From a virus (lineage: Duplodnaviria > Caudoviricetes): DNA of 61,160 bases. The notes under the pieces were generated by a model. The model did no database searches and was not told the DNA's origin. It saw only the letters and a program-made list of their open reading frames with translations. Shown here one piece after another: positions 1-8,720 of this stretch (the stretch's first letter is position 1; the number at the start of each line of letters is the position of its first letter). A program made the position numbers and the translations under genes. Location: positions 1 to 61,160 of IMG/VR virus record IMGVR_UViG_3300044491_002233; one strand, 5' to 3'.

Positions 1-582
1 CAGAACTCTGTGTTCAAGGGTGCTGTTACATCTAAGACAGATGTGTTCCCAGAATTCGGCGGAAGTGCCGCACAGAAATTGTTCAGCAGAGACTCACACA
101 CAGTGATCTATTCTAACAGTTTGGGTGCAATCCAGATCGACAACTTGGTAAAAGTTGACGGTTCAACTGGTAAATCAGGCGTTGACGTGTACGAGACTGC
201 GGCTTCTATGGACTTGACTGACAAACTTAACATTGGTGTTGCATACACGGATGACAAAGTGAACTCAGTAGAGTACAAGGGTGCGGGTATCACATTCGAC
301 CTTTCTGATGCGACATCAGTTGCTTATACTCACACAATCAAGGCAGTGGAAAGCACATCGTTAGACACTAAGGCTAATGAAGTGACAGGTTCGCACACAA
401 TCGGTGCAACAACTTTCTCAGCGGGTTATGGTGAGATCGTTGATGGCAACAAATACACTACAGTTGGTGCTGAAAAGAAATTCGGCGACAACTTTAGCAT
501 GTACGGTGCTTTCCAACAAACGGACGTTGTTTCGGGTGTAGACACCCAAGACATGGCGGCTGGAATCAAATTTACATTCTAG
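1..582 (+). CDS. Outer-membrane porin, C-terminal part (5' end outside window)
   Basis: Frame open from base 1; alternating amphipathic beta-strands (LNIGVAY, FSAGYG, FSMYGAF); ends GIKFTF with the terminal Phe typical of beta-barrel OMPs. Confidence 0.8.
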   Translation, partial: QNSVFKGAVTSKTDVFPEFGGSAAQKLFSRDSHTVIYSNSLGAIQIDNLVKVDGSTGKSGVDVYETAASMDLTDKLNIGVAYTDDKVNSVEYKGAGITFDLSDATSVAYTHTIKAVESTSLDTKANEVTGSHTIGATTFSAGYGEIVDGNKYTTVGAEKKFGDNFSMYGAFQQTDVVSGVDTQDMAAGIKFTF

Positions 583-593
583 TTCCAATTAAT

Positions 594-619
594 TAAAGCC
601 GGCTCGCGAGCCGGCTTTA
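594..619. terminator. Bidirectional terminator / perfect 26-bp palindrome
   Basis: taaagccggctcgcgagccggcttta is its own reverse complement and lies between convergent genes. Confidence 0.8.
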
Positions 620-636
620 CACTCTCTTAAAATTTT

Positions 637-1653
637 TTAGTAGTTGTTGGGTCTGTAATTGGCGGCCCTAGTTATTCTAAAGCCATTTTTTTTCCAGGCC
701 ATGGTGTACGTCTTGTTTGGATCAGACCAATCGGTGTCGTAGTGATCGCCCGGATGTGTTTTGCCTTCTTCTGCCAGTGCCAGTTGTTCATCAAAGTACA
801 ATTCCGCACCCTCGTAGTAGTCTGCTCTGCAACATCTCTCCTTCATAGACACAAAGATCTGTGCCTTGAGATGTGCGTCTGTGAAACGTTCATTGACCCA
901 TTTGATGTGTCGTTCTATGTTTGCTCTGTTTAGATTATCTATAGACAGTGTGTATCCACGTCCAAATGCATTTGGATCTTCTGCTGTGAAGCACTCCATC
1001 CATGTGTCGAGACTGAAGTTGGGTGTGTGGGCCACATGATCTCTCTTGAATGCATCTATGGTGTTTTGGATGTCCAGCACAGTTTCTGCGTCAGAGGCCA
1101 ACTCTGTACGTTTTGGTCCGTGTGGGTCCGGAGCATGATGCACACGCAGGTTCAAGGTTCTGTTGGGTAGTTTACCACCCATCTCTGTGTCTTTGACCTG
1201 TATATAATTTACCTCCGGCAGTAAAGGTTTCAATAGACGATGGAAATGGCCACCATATGGCACAAATATTTCCGTACCGTCTGCTAGGTGATCGTTCTTA
1301 CAGCCATGCATTATGCAAGTCTCAAAGAGCTTGCCTTCGAACAGATCGATGCCACTCGCCTTGGCTTTATAGTGTGCATGAGTGAATCTCTTAGCAAGGT
1401 TACGCATGTAAAAGTTTATGTTCCTAAAATTAACCGGAGCCGCAAACACAATAAGATCAGCGTCATAACATTTTGCCATTTGCTCGTGCAACAGGTCAGC
1501 ACCTGTGGATGCCTCATGATCAAATTTACGTAAATTGATTATCTCTGTTTGAATTGATTGCTGATTCATCATCTTTGCCATCAAGTCGCTCCATGCTTGT
1601 GAGTCAGAGTTTTCGGCTCGTTTTAAACTGCAAGAAAAGATAATTGCTTTCAT
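637..1653 (-). CDS. Flavodoxin-like (NADPH-dependent FMN reductase fold) N-terminal domain plus unknown C-terminal domain
   Basis: N-terminal MKAIIFSCSLKR..SDS and ADLIVFAAPV match the FMN reductase pattern. Confidence 0.55.
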   Translation of the reverse strand: MKAIIFSCSLKRAENSDSQAWSDLMAKMMNQQSIQTEIINLRKFDHEASTGADLLHEQMAKCYDADLIVFAAPVNFRNINFYMRNLAKRFTHAHYKAKASGIDLFEGKLFETCIMHGCKNDHLADGTEIFVPYGGHFHRLLKPLLPEVNYIQVKDTEMGGKLPNRTLNLRVHHAPDPHGPKRTELASDAETVLDIQNTIDAFKRDHVAHTPNFSLDTWMECFTAEDPNAFGRGYTLSIDNLNRANIERHIKWVNERFTDAHLKAQIFVSMKERCCRADYYEGAELYFDEQLALAEEGKTHPGDHYDTDWSDPNKTYTMAWKKNGFRITRAANYRPNNY

Positions 1654-1733
1654 ATACTGTACTTATCATTGGTCATCAGACGATTTTACGCTTTTACGCA
1701 TTCGCGTATTTTTAAAAAACGCATTTCTAAAAT

Positions 1734-3392
1734 TTACGCTTCCGGTAGATGATTTTCAAGGGACCAACGAACAATATCGGTATGCATGGGTTTTCGCATA
1801 CCAACACAATTTAATTCAGATTGATCTTTGTGGGGAGTTTTGAAATCGAAGTCAAAATATTTTTTTAGAATATTTTTTTGACTTCCTGCATTTTTAATAT
1901 TGTCTAGCATGATGTTTTCAGATGCATTCATAATTTTAAAATATATTTCTTTATCGCAATATAATGATGTTACAAGTGTATCAACATTATGAGATACTTC
2001 ACGATTGTATAATGGTGGCGTTGCTTTTTTTGTAAAGTCGTGTTTCCAGTCGTCGGGGTGTCCTTCCTCTAGTTCTTTTAACAACTGGTCTTTCGAAGTA
2101 TCATAGAATGCATCTTGCCACGTCTTTGCTTTTTGTTCTTGTAGAATATTGTCAGCCGATGAATAGCAGTTTTTAAATGTTGACAGTTCTCTATCAAAAT
2201 CTTCTAGCATTTGTTCGGAAGTCAACTGTGTCTTGTGCATTTGTTGTGCAAACATATATTCATAATAAAAATATGCTTTATGTAAGAACATATTGTCGCC
2301 GCATTGTCCGTATAAAATTAAATCTGGTTTTTTAGAAAGATTACCCATTTGCCAATATGTTGGAATACAATCCCAATAAAAACAAGTTGGGTCATTTAAA
2401 TGCTTTTTAGTTATTGTTTCTATGTTTGACGTACTGATGTCTAATATGTCCCACTGCACTTCATTACCTCGTTCCTTCCAGTAGTTAACCATGTATTGTT
2501 TGTACTCAACCGGACAGTTTGGTGGATCAAAGGAATACGAAACTTTTTTTACATTTGGAAAATAACAATCCTGGACCACAGAGTCTATTCCTTCACTCAC
2601 ACTGCTGACAATATGCTTGTCTTTAAATTCTCTGTTAATAATGTCTGCATGGTATTGCCATTTTTTATGTATGAACTGTTCTAGCTCATTTTGGTCAGTG
2701 TATTCATGTGACGAATTCATGGCATCCATTAGGTCTTTGTAGGTGTTGTGTATTTGGACAATATTAATTTTATCGCCGACAGCTCTTATCATGTGGTCGG
2801 GTTGTAACATATAAACTTCTTTAAAAAGTGTCATGCACTGGGAAGGATCATATTGTTTTGCTCCCGGTGTGTGTTGATAGACATCTATGCCAGCATATTG
2901 ATCTGAGACATGAAATTTTTTAAGTTCGTCTGCATTTCTTCCATAAGTTGGGGAATTCATTATAAAGTTTTCCCAACGTTCAAATGTTTCCTTGGGCTCA
3001 TATGCCAATTGTTCCTCAGTGAATGTTTCTAACCGTCTAACAATTTCTTTCATGTCTAAATCATGTCTCTCTAGAGGCATCAAATAAAGAGCATTGGTAA
3101 ATTCAACCCTACCATTGTTACGCCAGAAGACCTTGCTTTGACAAAAATAATCAACAATGCAATGAGCAGTGTTTTCTGTTAAAATTGCAATTTGAAAATT
3201 GCCGTTTGCTTGTTCGAGTTCGTGAGGGTCTCTTTTTATAACATCATCGATACTTTCATCACTTATAACATAGCCAAAGTAGATGACAAGATGTTTTTCA
3301 TTTTGAAAAACTTTTACTTCGTTGTCAGCGTACCAATACCATTTGCCGTATTTGTTTGGAAGTTTTTTTGTATCGGATACAAAATATTTCAT
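1734..3392 (-). CDS. Asparagine-synthetase-like ATP-dependent amide ligase
   Basis: PP-loop SVSEGIDS (SGGxDS-like) and LYGQCGDNMF (GxGxDxxF); GATase-like ANGNFQIAIL..DYF segment; no N-terminal catalytic Cys. Confidence 0.65.
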   Translation of the reverse strand: MKYFVSDTKKLPNKYGKWYWYADNEVKVFQNEKHLVIYFGYVISDESIDDVIKRDPHELEQANGNFQIAILTENTAHCIVDYFCQSKVFWRNNGRVEFTNALYLMPLERHDLDMKEIVRRLETFTEEQLAYEPKETFERWENFIMNSPTYGRNADELKKFHVSDQYAGIDVYQHTPGAKQYDPSQCMTLFKEVYMLQPDHMIRAVGDKINIVQIHNTYKDLMDAMNSSHEYTDQNELEQFIHKKWQYHADIINREFKDKHIVSSVSEGIDSVVQDCYFPNVKKVSYSFDPPNCPVEYKQYMVNYWKERGNEVQWDILDISTSNIETITKKHLNDPTCFYWDCIPTYWQMGNLSKKPDLILYGQCGDNMFLHKAYFYYEYMFAQQMHKTQLTSEQMLEDFDRELSTFKNCYSSADNILQEQKAKTWQDAFYDTSKDQLLKELEEGHPDDWKHDFTKKATPPLYNREVSHNVDTLVTSLYCDKEIYFKIMNASENIMLDNIKNAGSQKNILKKYFDFDFKTPHKDQSELNCVGMRKPMHTDIVRWSLENHLPEA

Positions 3393-3411
3393 AATATTGT
3401 TTTTACTTATC

Positions 3412-3966
3412 TTAGATTTTTATGCCTGTAACTTTTATGAGTACCCGGTCGACATCACTTGTATTCCTTGTCCAGTGCAAGGCTTGCCAGTTGTTTAATC
3501 GCATACACTCACCCTTGGTCCATTTCCATTCTTCGTTATTAACATTAAAGATATGTCCGTCTACATGATCTTCGATTGCAACAAACATACGCCATATATC
3601 TATGCCGGGCTTCTCTAAGGTATGTTCCAAATTCAGCAAGCCGGGCAATGATAAACATACATCTTCTAAATAATCTCCTAGAAAGTCTAAATGAGGTTTA
3701 CACTCTTCTCTAGGCTTCTGTATTTGTATTTTTGCATTAATACATTTCAAAAACGGAAACTTTGCTCTAGCCCAATTTGTTATTAGATCGTTTCGTATAC
3801 TGTCATAACCTTCGGTACCTTTTTCAGGATTATCAAGATTAAACTTTGGTGTTCTGTAATTTCCGGGCAGTACTTCAAAACCCCAAGCATCTAAATCCGC
3901 AAGTCCGGCCGAGTCTTGGTACTCGTCGAGGTTATGTGCCCAGTTGATATATTCTTTTAACTTCAT
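3412..3966 (-). CDS. Asp/Asn beta-hydroxylase-like 2OG-Fe(II) oxygenase
   Basis: HxD (PHLD), distal His in HWTRNTSDVDR, terminal Arg. Confidence 0.7.
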   Translation of the reverse strand: MKLKEYINWAHNLDEYQDSAGLADLDAWGFEVLPGNYRTPKFNLDNPEKGTEGYDSIRNDLITNWARAKFPFLKCINAKIQIQKPREECKPHLDFLGDYLEDVCLSLPGLLNLEHTLEKPGIDIWRMFVAIEDHVDGHIFNVNNEEWKWTKGECMRLNNWQALHWTRNTSDVDRVLIKVTGIKI

Positions 3967-4582
3967 CTATCGCTTTTTTATAACTTGGTGCAACTTTAGG
4001 CATATACTTTATCTTATGCCCAAAGAAATAATCTTCGGTTGTCGGTAGTGTGCATTTTAATTTTTTCCTGCCTAACACAATCAATCCATTCAAATAGTAT
4101 TGTGGGTGTAGTCCTTCTCCTGACATCTGTGCCACTAGCTCGTATGTGGCTTTGGTTCTTTGGAAACAGTTAGGAATACCATCACCGATTATTGCATAGT
4201 CAACATTACTCCATATTAATTTGTCTAAGTCAGGTAGCATATGATCAGCATCATGATGACCAAACACTATAAAGTCGTGCTGTGTCCAATCATATGCGTG
4301 GCTGTCTTCTAGTACTGTGATGATTGCTTTAGTGTTAGGTTCTATTGAACGTTTGACAACATTAAAAAACTTTTCTCTTTTGTTCTCCGGCAAGAACATA
4401 TAGTTGTCCACTAGATACAACTTCTTATCAGAGCCTTGGATTTTATTCCATATATGCTTTGCTGTTGTACCAATAAATGTGCCTAACTCACAGACAGACT
4501 TCGCATCGCTGTTGTGGATGATATCAGTCATGTAGTCGTACTGTTGTACAGAATAACCAGACCACAAACTTTGTAATTGCAT
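3932..4582 (-). CDS. Class I SAM-dependent methyltransferase (Methyltransf_24-like)
   Basis: VCELGTFIGTT motif I; LYLVDNY motif II. Confidence 0.7.
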   Translation of the reverse strand: MQLQSLWSGYSVQQYDYMTDIIHNSDAKSVCELGTFIGTTAKHIWNKIQGSDKKLYLVDNYMFLPENKREKFFNVVKRSIEPNTKAIITVLEDSHAYDWTQHDFIVFGHHDADHMLPDLDKLIWSNVDYAIIGDGIPNCFQRTKATYELVAQMSGEGLHPQYYLNGLIVLGRKKLKCTLPTTEDYFFGHKIKYMPKVAPSYKKAIDEVKRIYQLGT

Positions 4583-4587
4583 AATGA

Positions 4588-4593
4588 TATTTA
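4588..4593 (-). promoter_or_regulatory. Late-type promoter box TAAATA, 5 nt before ATG
   Basis: Minus strand TAAATA-TCATT-ATG; no SD. Confidence 0.65.
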
Positions 4594-4614
4594 AGGTAGA
4601 GATATCACCGCCAC

Positions 4615-4641
4615 AAAAAAAGGCGACACAAAGCCGCCTTT
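4615..4641 (-). terminator. Rho-independent terminator after the DctP-like gene
   Basis: AAAGGCGGC-UUUGU-GUCGCCUUUUUUU. Confidence 0.8.
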
Positions 4642-4657
4642 AAATGTTATAAAAAAA

Positions 4658-5581
4658 TTATGATAATTTTTTGATACCGTCGATTAAGCCTGGAAAGAAT
4701 CTGCTTGACCATTTGTCGTAAAGTGGTTGTGCTTTTTCTCTCATTTCAGCTCTGTCTTCGTCTGACACAGTATGGATTGTAGTTCCTTGTTCTTGAGCAG
4801 TTGCTTCATATTGCTCAGCATCTTCTTGAGACCATTTTCTTTCTAATCTAGCCGCTTTGTTAGCCGCTTCAACGAAAAGAGCCTGTTCTTTTTCAGATAA
4901 TGATTTAAAGAAACTGTCACTAATCAAAATATCAGTTAAGAATAAAGAGTGTTTAGTATTAATCCAGTTTTTAGCCTTTTGTAGTCTGATGTAAGTGGTG
5001 TCTTTACAATCCATGTGAGATTGCATTTCACCTTCTAACTCATTAACAGGGCCTTTTCTTTTAACTGTGTTAACGCCTAAACTCTTCCAAAACTCTTGAG
5101 TGATTGGATTTGAGTTAGCTTTGATGTTGTGGCCTTTAAGGTCAGCTAATTTCTTAAACGGTGCATCAGAACCAATTGCTCTGTATCCGCCTGAGTAAGT
5201 GTATGCTAATCCTCTAACTCCAGTTTGTTTAGCAAGTCTGTCGTTCATCGCTCTGCCGATCGGTCCTTCTAGAACTCTTCTGGCATGAGCATGACTTTCA
5301 AACAACCAAGGCATGTCGAAAACATAAAAGTTGTCGTCATTGGTTGGTGCCGCTAGCTCGTAAACTTCAGTTTGGGACATTTGAATTTCGCCACTTTGGA
5401 CTAATCCCCAAATTTTATCTCTTGTGAAATCTGCGTCGTATTGTGTTTTGTACTGATCAGTTGTAAGTATCTCGATCTTGTACTCCGAATTTACCTCTTC
5501 TAACATCTTAGCAAATGCTTTTGCTGTTCTTAAGAATAAGTGTTCCGGTTGGTGGCTTATCAGCCATTTGATGTTTTTCAT
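4658..5581 (-). CDS. dctP: TRAP-type substrate-binding protein (DctP family) without signal peptide
   Basis: VFDMPWLFES..HARRVLEGPIG, GGYRAI, LADLKG and the long C-terminal helix are typical of DctP; SD AAGGAG; in-frame TAA at 5606-5608. Confidence 0.8.
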   Translation of the reverse strand: MKNIKWLISHQPEHLFLRTAKAFAKMLEEVNSEYKIEILTTDQYKTQYDADFTRDKIWGLVQSGEIQMSQTEVYELAAPTNDDNFYVFDMPWLFESHAHARRVLEGPIGRAMNDRLAKQTGVRGLAYTYSGGYRAIGSDAPFKKLADLKGHNIKANSNPITQEFWKSLGVNTVKRKGPVNELEGEMQSHMDCKDTTYIRLQKAKNWINTKHSLFLTDILISDSFFKSLSEKEQALFVEAANKAARLERKWSQEDAEQYEATAQEQGTTIHTVSDEDRAEMREKAQPLYDKWSSRFFPGLIDGIKKLS

Positions 5582-5624
5582 TGCGATCTCTCCTTGTATT
5601 GCAATTTAGTTTAAAACGTACAGT

Positions 5625-5630
5625 TATTTA
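5625..5630 (-). promoter_or_regulatory. Late-type promoter box (AATAAATA) for the DctP-like gene
   Basis: Same box as before the sheath and tube genes; followed by a leader carrying an SD. Confidence 0.6.
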
Positions 5631-5662
5631 TTGGATTATGTTGAGTTGGTAAAAAAAGTGTG

Positions 5663-6319
5663 TTATTTCTTCTTAAACACCACTTCTTTCTTTCGTGATC
5701 TGCCATACTCTGTATAGCCCAGTGTGTTTAATAATTCGATGATCTTCTTCCCCGCCTGTCTCTGGAGCTCGTTTTTGTGTTCGATCTCCACATTGAGCAC
5801 ACAATCGTTATCAAGCAGTGTTTGTTGTCCACCCAGCAGTATGTCGTATTCACTGCCTTGTGTGTCTATCTTTATTAGATCTACGTTCTTGAAATTGTAA
5901 TCGTCCAGTCTCTTTATTTCTAAAACTGATTCTTCCACTTGGTCTTCGAATACCTGATCCCTAAAGAAACTGTGTGCCCCGGATGTGGTCAATGACTTAT
6001 AGAATGTTTTGGTCTCTTGTTTCGAACCTAAGCCCACTTGGTGCAGGTCATAATTTTCTTTACCTGAAAGATTTGTCTCCAAACACTCTATGTTGGAGGC
6101 ATCTGGTTCGAATATAACCACGTTCTCAAATCTGTCACAGAAATCCCTGCTCCAAAATCCTATGTTTCCGCCTATGTCTATCGCTGTATGGAAGTTCTTG
6201 ACTTGGTGTAACGCATACTCTCTCTGAAGTCTTTGGTATGTTACCTCGTTGTTTATCTTCATCCACTCTTCGTAGTGTTGATCGTAATCTGGTAAAAACC
6301 AATCATGTACTTTACGCAT
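5663..6319 (-). CDS. FkbM-family methyltransferase
   Basis: AIDIGGNIG, FEP, LIKIDTQGSE; TAAATA at 6325-6330, 5 nt before ATG. Confidence 0.85.
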   Translation of the reverse strand: MRKVHDWFLPDYDQHYEEWMKINNEVTYQRLQREYALHQVKNFHTAIDIGGNIGFWSRDFCDRFENVVIFEPDASNIECLETNLSGKENYDLHQVGLGSKQETKTFYKSLTTSGAHSFFRDQVFEDQVEESVLEIKRLDDYNFKNVDLIKIDTQGSEYDILLGGQQTLLDNDCVLNVEIEHKNELQRQAGKKIIELLNTLGYTEYGRSRKKEVVFKKK

Positions 6320-6346
6320 GCGGATATTTAAATGAAATCTATGTTG

Positions 6347-7819
6347 TTACTGTTCTTCATCTGAGTGCAGTTCATTTAGAAGTTGTCTCAGTTTACCGCC
6401 TTCCACAGTAGCCTTAACCTTGACTCCTAACGCATCGCCTTTACGAGGATCCGGCACTTCTGGTCTAGCATCTGTGTCCGTGTTGCCCGTGACTTTGGAT
6501 GTCTGCTTCAATGAGTCATATATTTTATTCTTACCTTGCTGATTATAGCTCTGTGACTCGTCCTCGTCTAGACTTCTTATACGCAGACTGTCCACGTCAA
6601 ACTCGAGGTCTACTTTCTGTCCGACTCCCGAACTTGATCTGGTCTTCATGAACTGTATCTGGTATCTACCACGTTCCTTCATCGCCCGTGAAGTGAATAT
6701 ACCTATCACATTGTCCGCTGTCTGTATCTTGGATAGTCCGCCCGATATATGACTGTGATCAAACTCTATCTCCTCAACACTAGCCCTGTTCAACTGTGAT
6801 GCTGTAGCCAACACACACTGTTTCTCAACGACCAAGTTCCTCAGTTCCTCACTCACATACTTGTCTTTGATAAACAAGTCTGCTGGTGATATCCTTTTGC
6901 TCTTAGGCATCATCAGATCCAAGTAGTCAATCAGTATGCAGTCTATTTTCTTCTTGTTTTTCAGTTCTAGTTCCTTCAGATATGTTCTCACATCCAACAC
7001 GTTGCTACCACTCGGTAAGTATTTGATCTGCAGGTTACCTGATTTCTTTTTCAACATCTTGACCTTCATCTCAACGTTTTCTATTTCGGGAAATACTTTT
7101 CTTGTTGGAATATTTGTCATCATGGCATCCAATCTCATGGCAGTCAGTTGCTCGCTCAACTCAAATGATATGTAGCACACATTCAGTCCAGCCAGTGCCC
7201 AGTTGACCGCAAGATTCTGCAAGAACAAACTCTTACCTGCACCCGATCCACCTGCAAAGATGTTCAGCTCGCCTCTGTTGAATCCGCCAAACAGTTTCTT
7301 GTCCAAGTTGGCCCAACCTGTACTGATCTGTCCGTTGTTGTCTTTGAGTGCTTCAAGTCTTCCTTTTGGATCTTCGAAATAGTCCGTGCCGAGATCCCTT
7401 GTGAGGCCAACCTGTACTGCTTCCTTGACCATGTCCTCGACTGGACCATAGTCACCTCTCTCTAATAGATCAGCGGATGACAGTATTGCTTGTTCAAGTG
7501 CTTTGTGTCTACAAAATGTTTCAAACTCGTCCAGCAACCAATTGAAATGGCTTGGGTCCAGATCCTTCGCTGTTTTTAATTTTATATCGTGTGATGCATT
7601 GACTATGTCAACTTCTGGCATGACCTTGTACTCGTCCATGTAGTCTTTGACGAACTTGGCAATTGGTTGCAGTTTACGATCAAATGAATTAGGATTGAAT
7701 ATATTCTGTGCCCTCGCAAATGATTCAGCATCCGCCAACAACATTTCTATGTACAATTTCTGCACATCAAAAGAATAGTTCTTAGCCTGGTGTTGTTCGT
7801 TATTGTTATAGTCAGCCAT
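6347..7819 (-). CDS. gp41: Replicative DNA helicase (T4 gp41/DnaB-like)
   Basis: Walker A GGSGAGKS, ISFE, LIDYLD, ASQLNR, KTR. Confidence 0.92.
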   Translation of the reverse strand: MADYNNNEQHQAKNYSFDVQKLYIEMLLADAESFARAQNIFNPNSFDRKLQPIAKFVKDYMDEYKVMPEVDIVNASHDIKLKTAKDLDPSHFNWLLDEFETFCRHKALEQAILSSADLLERGDYGPVEDMVKEAVQVGLTRDLGTDYFEDPKGRLEALKDNNGQISTGWANLDKKLFGGFNRGELNIFAGGSGAGKSLFLQNLAVNWALAGLNVCYISFELSEQLTAMRLDAMMTNIPTRKVFPEIENVEMKVKMLKKKSGNLQIKYLPSGSNVLDVRTYLKELELKNKKKIDCILIDYLDLMMPKSKRISPADLFIKDKYVSEELRNLVVEKQCVLATASQLNRASVEEIEFDHSHISGGLSKIQTADNVIGIFTSRAMKERGRYQIQFMKTRSSSGVGQKVDLEFDVDSLRIRSLDEDESQSYNQQGKNKIYDSLKQTSKVTGNTDTDARPEVPDPRKGDALGVKVKATVEGGKLRQLLNELHSDEEQ

Positions 7820-8720
7820 TTTTTACTCCACATTTTATTTTACAACATTCGTGTGCAGAAGTAAATTGTTTTGTTGAATTAAAAAAATCTTTTATCTCGT
7901 TCCATTCCATTATGCTTTCGAGTGTGTTGTCTTTGATATTGAACATCTTTGTTTTTGGTGAGAACACACTTTTGTATTTGTAATGGTAACTCCCCATCCA
8001 ACAACAGGGATAGAAATCTCCTTCTGCGTCAATATACAGGTTATGTTGTGGTTTGTCATTTACCATACAGTTTGGTAATATTGATGTTGTAAATGTTGGA
8101 TCATCGAGAATCTCTTGTGATTGTTTGTATGACATGTCGACAAACTCCTCATCGGGCATTAGGTCTTTTTCTCCCAGCCATCTGTCGCTGTGTTCCAATC
8201 TAAACTGGTCAAACCCGATATTTTTTGAAAATGTTTCTGCGTCTTTTACTTGGTGTTGATTGTGTTTGAATACTATAAATTTCCATACCAGGGTACAACT
8301 CCCTGTTCTAACACATTCGACGGCATCCATTATGGATTTCCATTTTGCATTTTTCCTATACAAATGATTGGTGTCTTCTAGCCCGTCTATAGAAAATATT
8401 AGTGTGTCATTTTTATCTAGGATGTTTGATAATACTTGCCACCATTTTTTTGTCTTGGCAGAGCCATTTGTTGTAATATGTAGTCTACAGTTGTTGTCTT
8501 TTAATTGTTTGCACAATTCTAAAAAATTAGAATGATAAATTGGATCCCCATTATTACCACACATGTTTATCGTTGCATTTGGACCAACAAAGTTTACAAG
8601 ATGTTCGATGTTTATTTCGTGCAACAATCTTTTTTTAAATGTCTCGTAGAACCAAGTCCTTGAGCACAGAGGACATTCTAATGTGCATTTACTGGTTGGT
8701 TCGACATGAAAACTAACCAT
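7812..8720 (-). CDS. Radical SAM protein with twitch/SPASM-like C-terminus
   Basis: CTLECPLC (CxxxCxxC), TTNG, FSIDG, YIDAEGDFYPCC. Confidence 0.88.
   Translation of the reverse strand: MVSFHVEPTSKCTLECPLCSRTWFYETFKKRLLHEINIEHLVNFVGPNATINMCGNNGDPIYHSNFLELCKQLKDNNCRLHITTNGSAKTKKWWQVLSNILDKNDTLIFSIDGLEDTNHLYRKNAKWKSIMDAVECVRTGSCTLVWKFIVFKHNQHQVKDAETFSKNIGFDQFRLEHSDRWLGEKDLMPDEEFVDMSYKQSQEILDDPTFTTSILPNCMVNDKPQHNLYIDAEGDFYPCCWMGSYHYKYKSVFSPKTKMFNIKDNTLESIMEWNEIKDFFNSTKQFTSAHECCKIKCGVKNG

Noticed and set aside
637-4582. Lasso-peptide cluster
   Set aside because: No precursor peptide, leader peptidase or RRE gene recognisable near the Asn-synthetase-like gene
1-6319. Host chromosome flank of a prophage
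   Set aside because: These genes carry the same phage late-type boxes and packing; no integrase or att site seen
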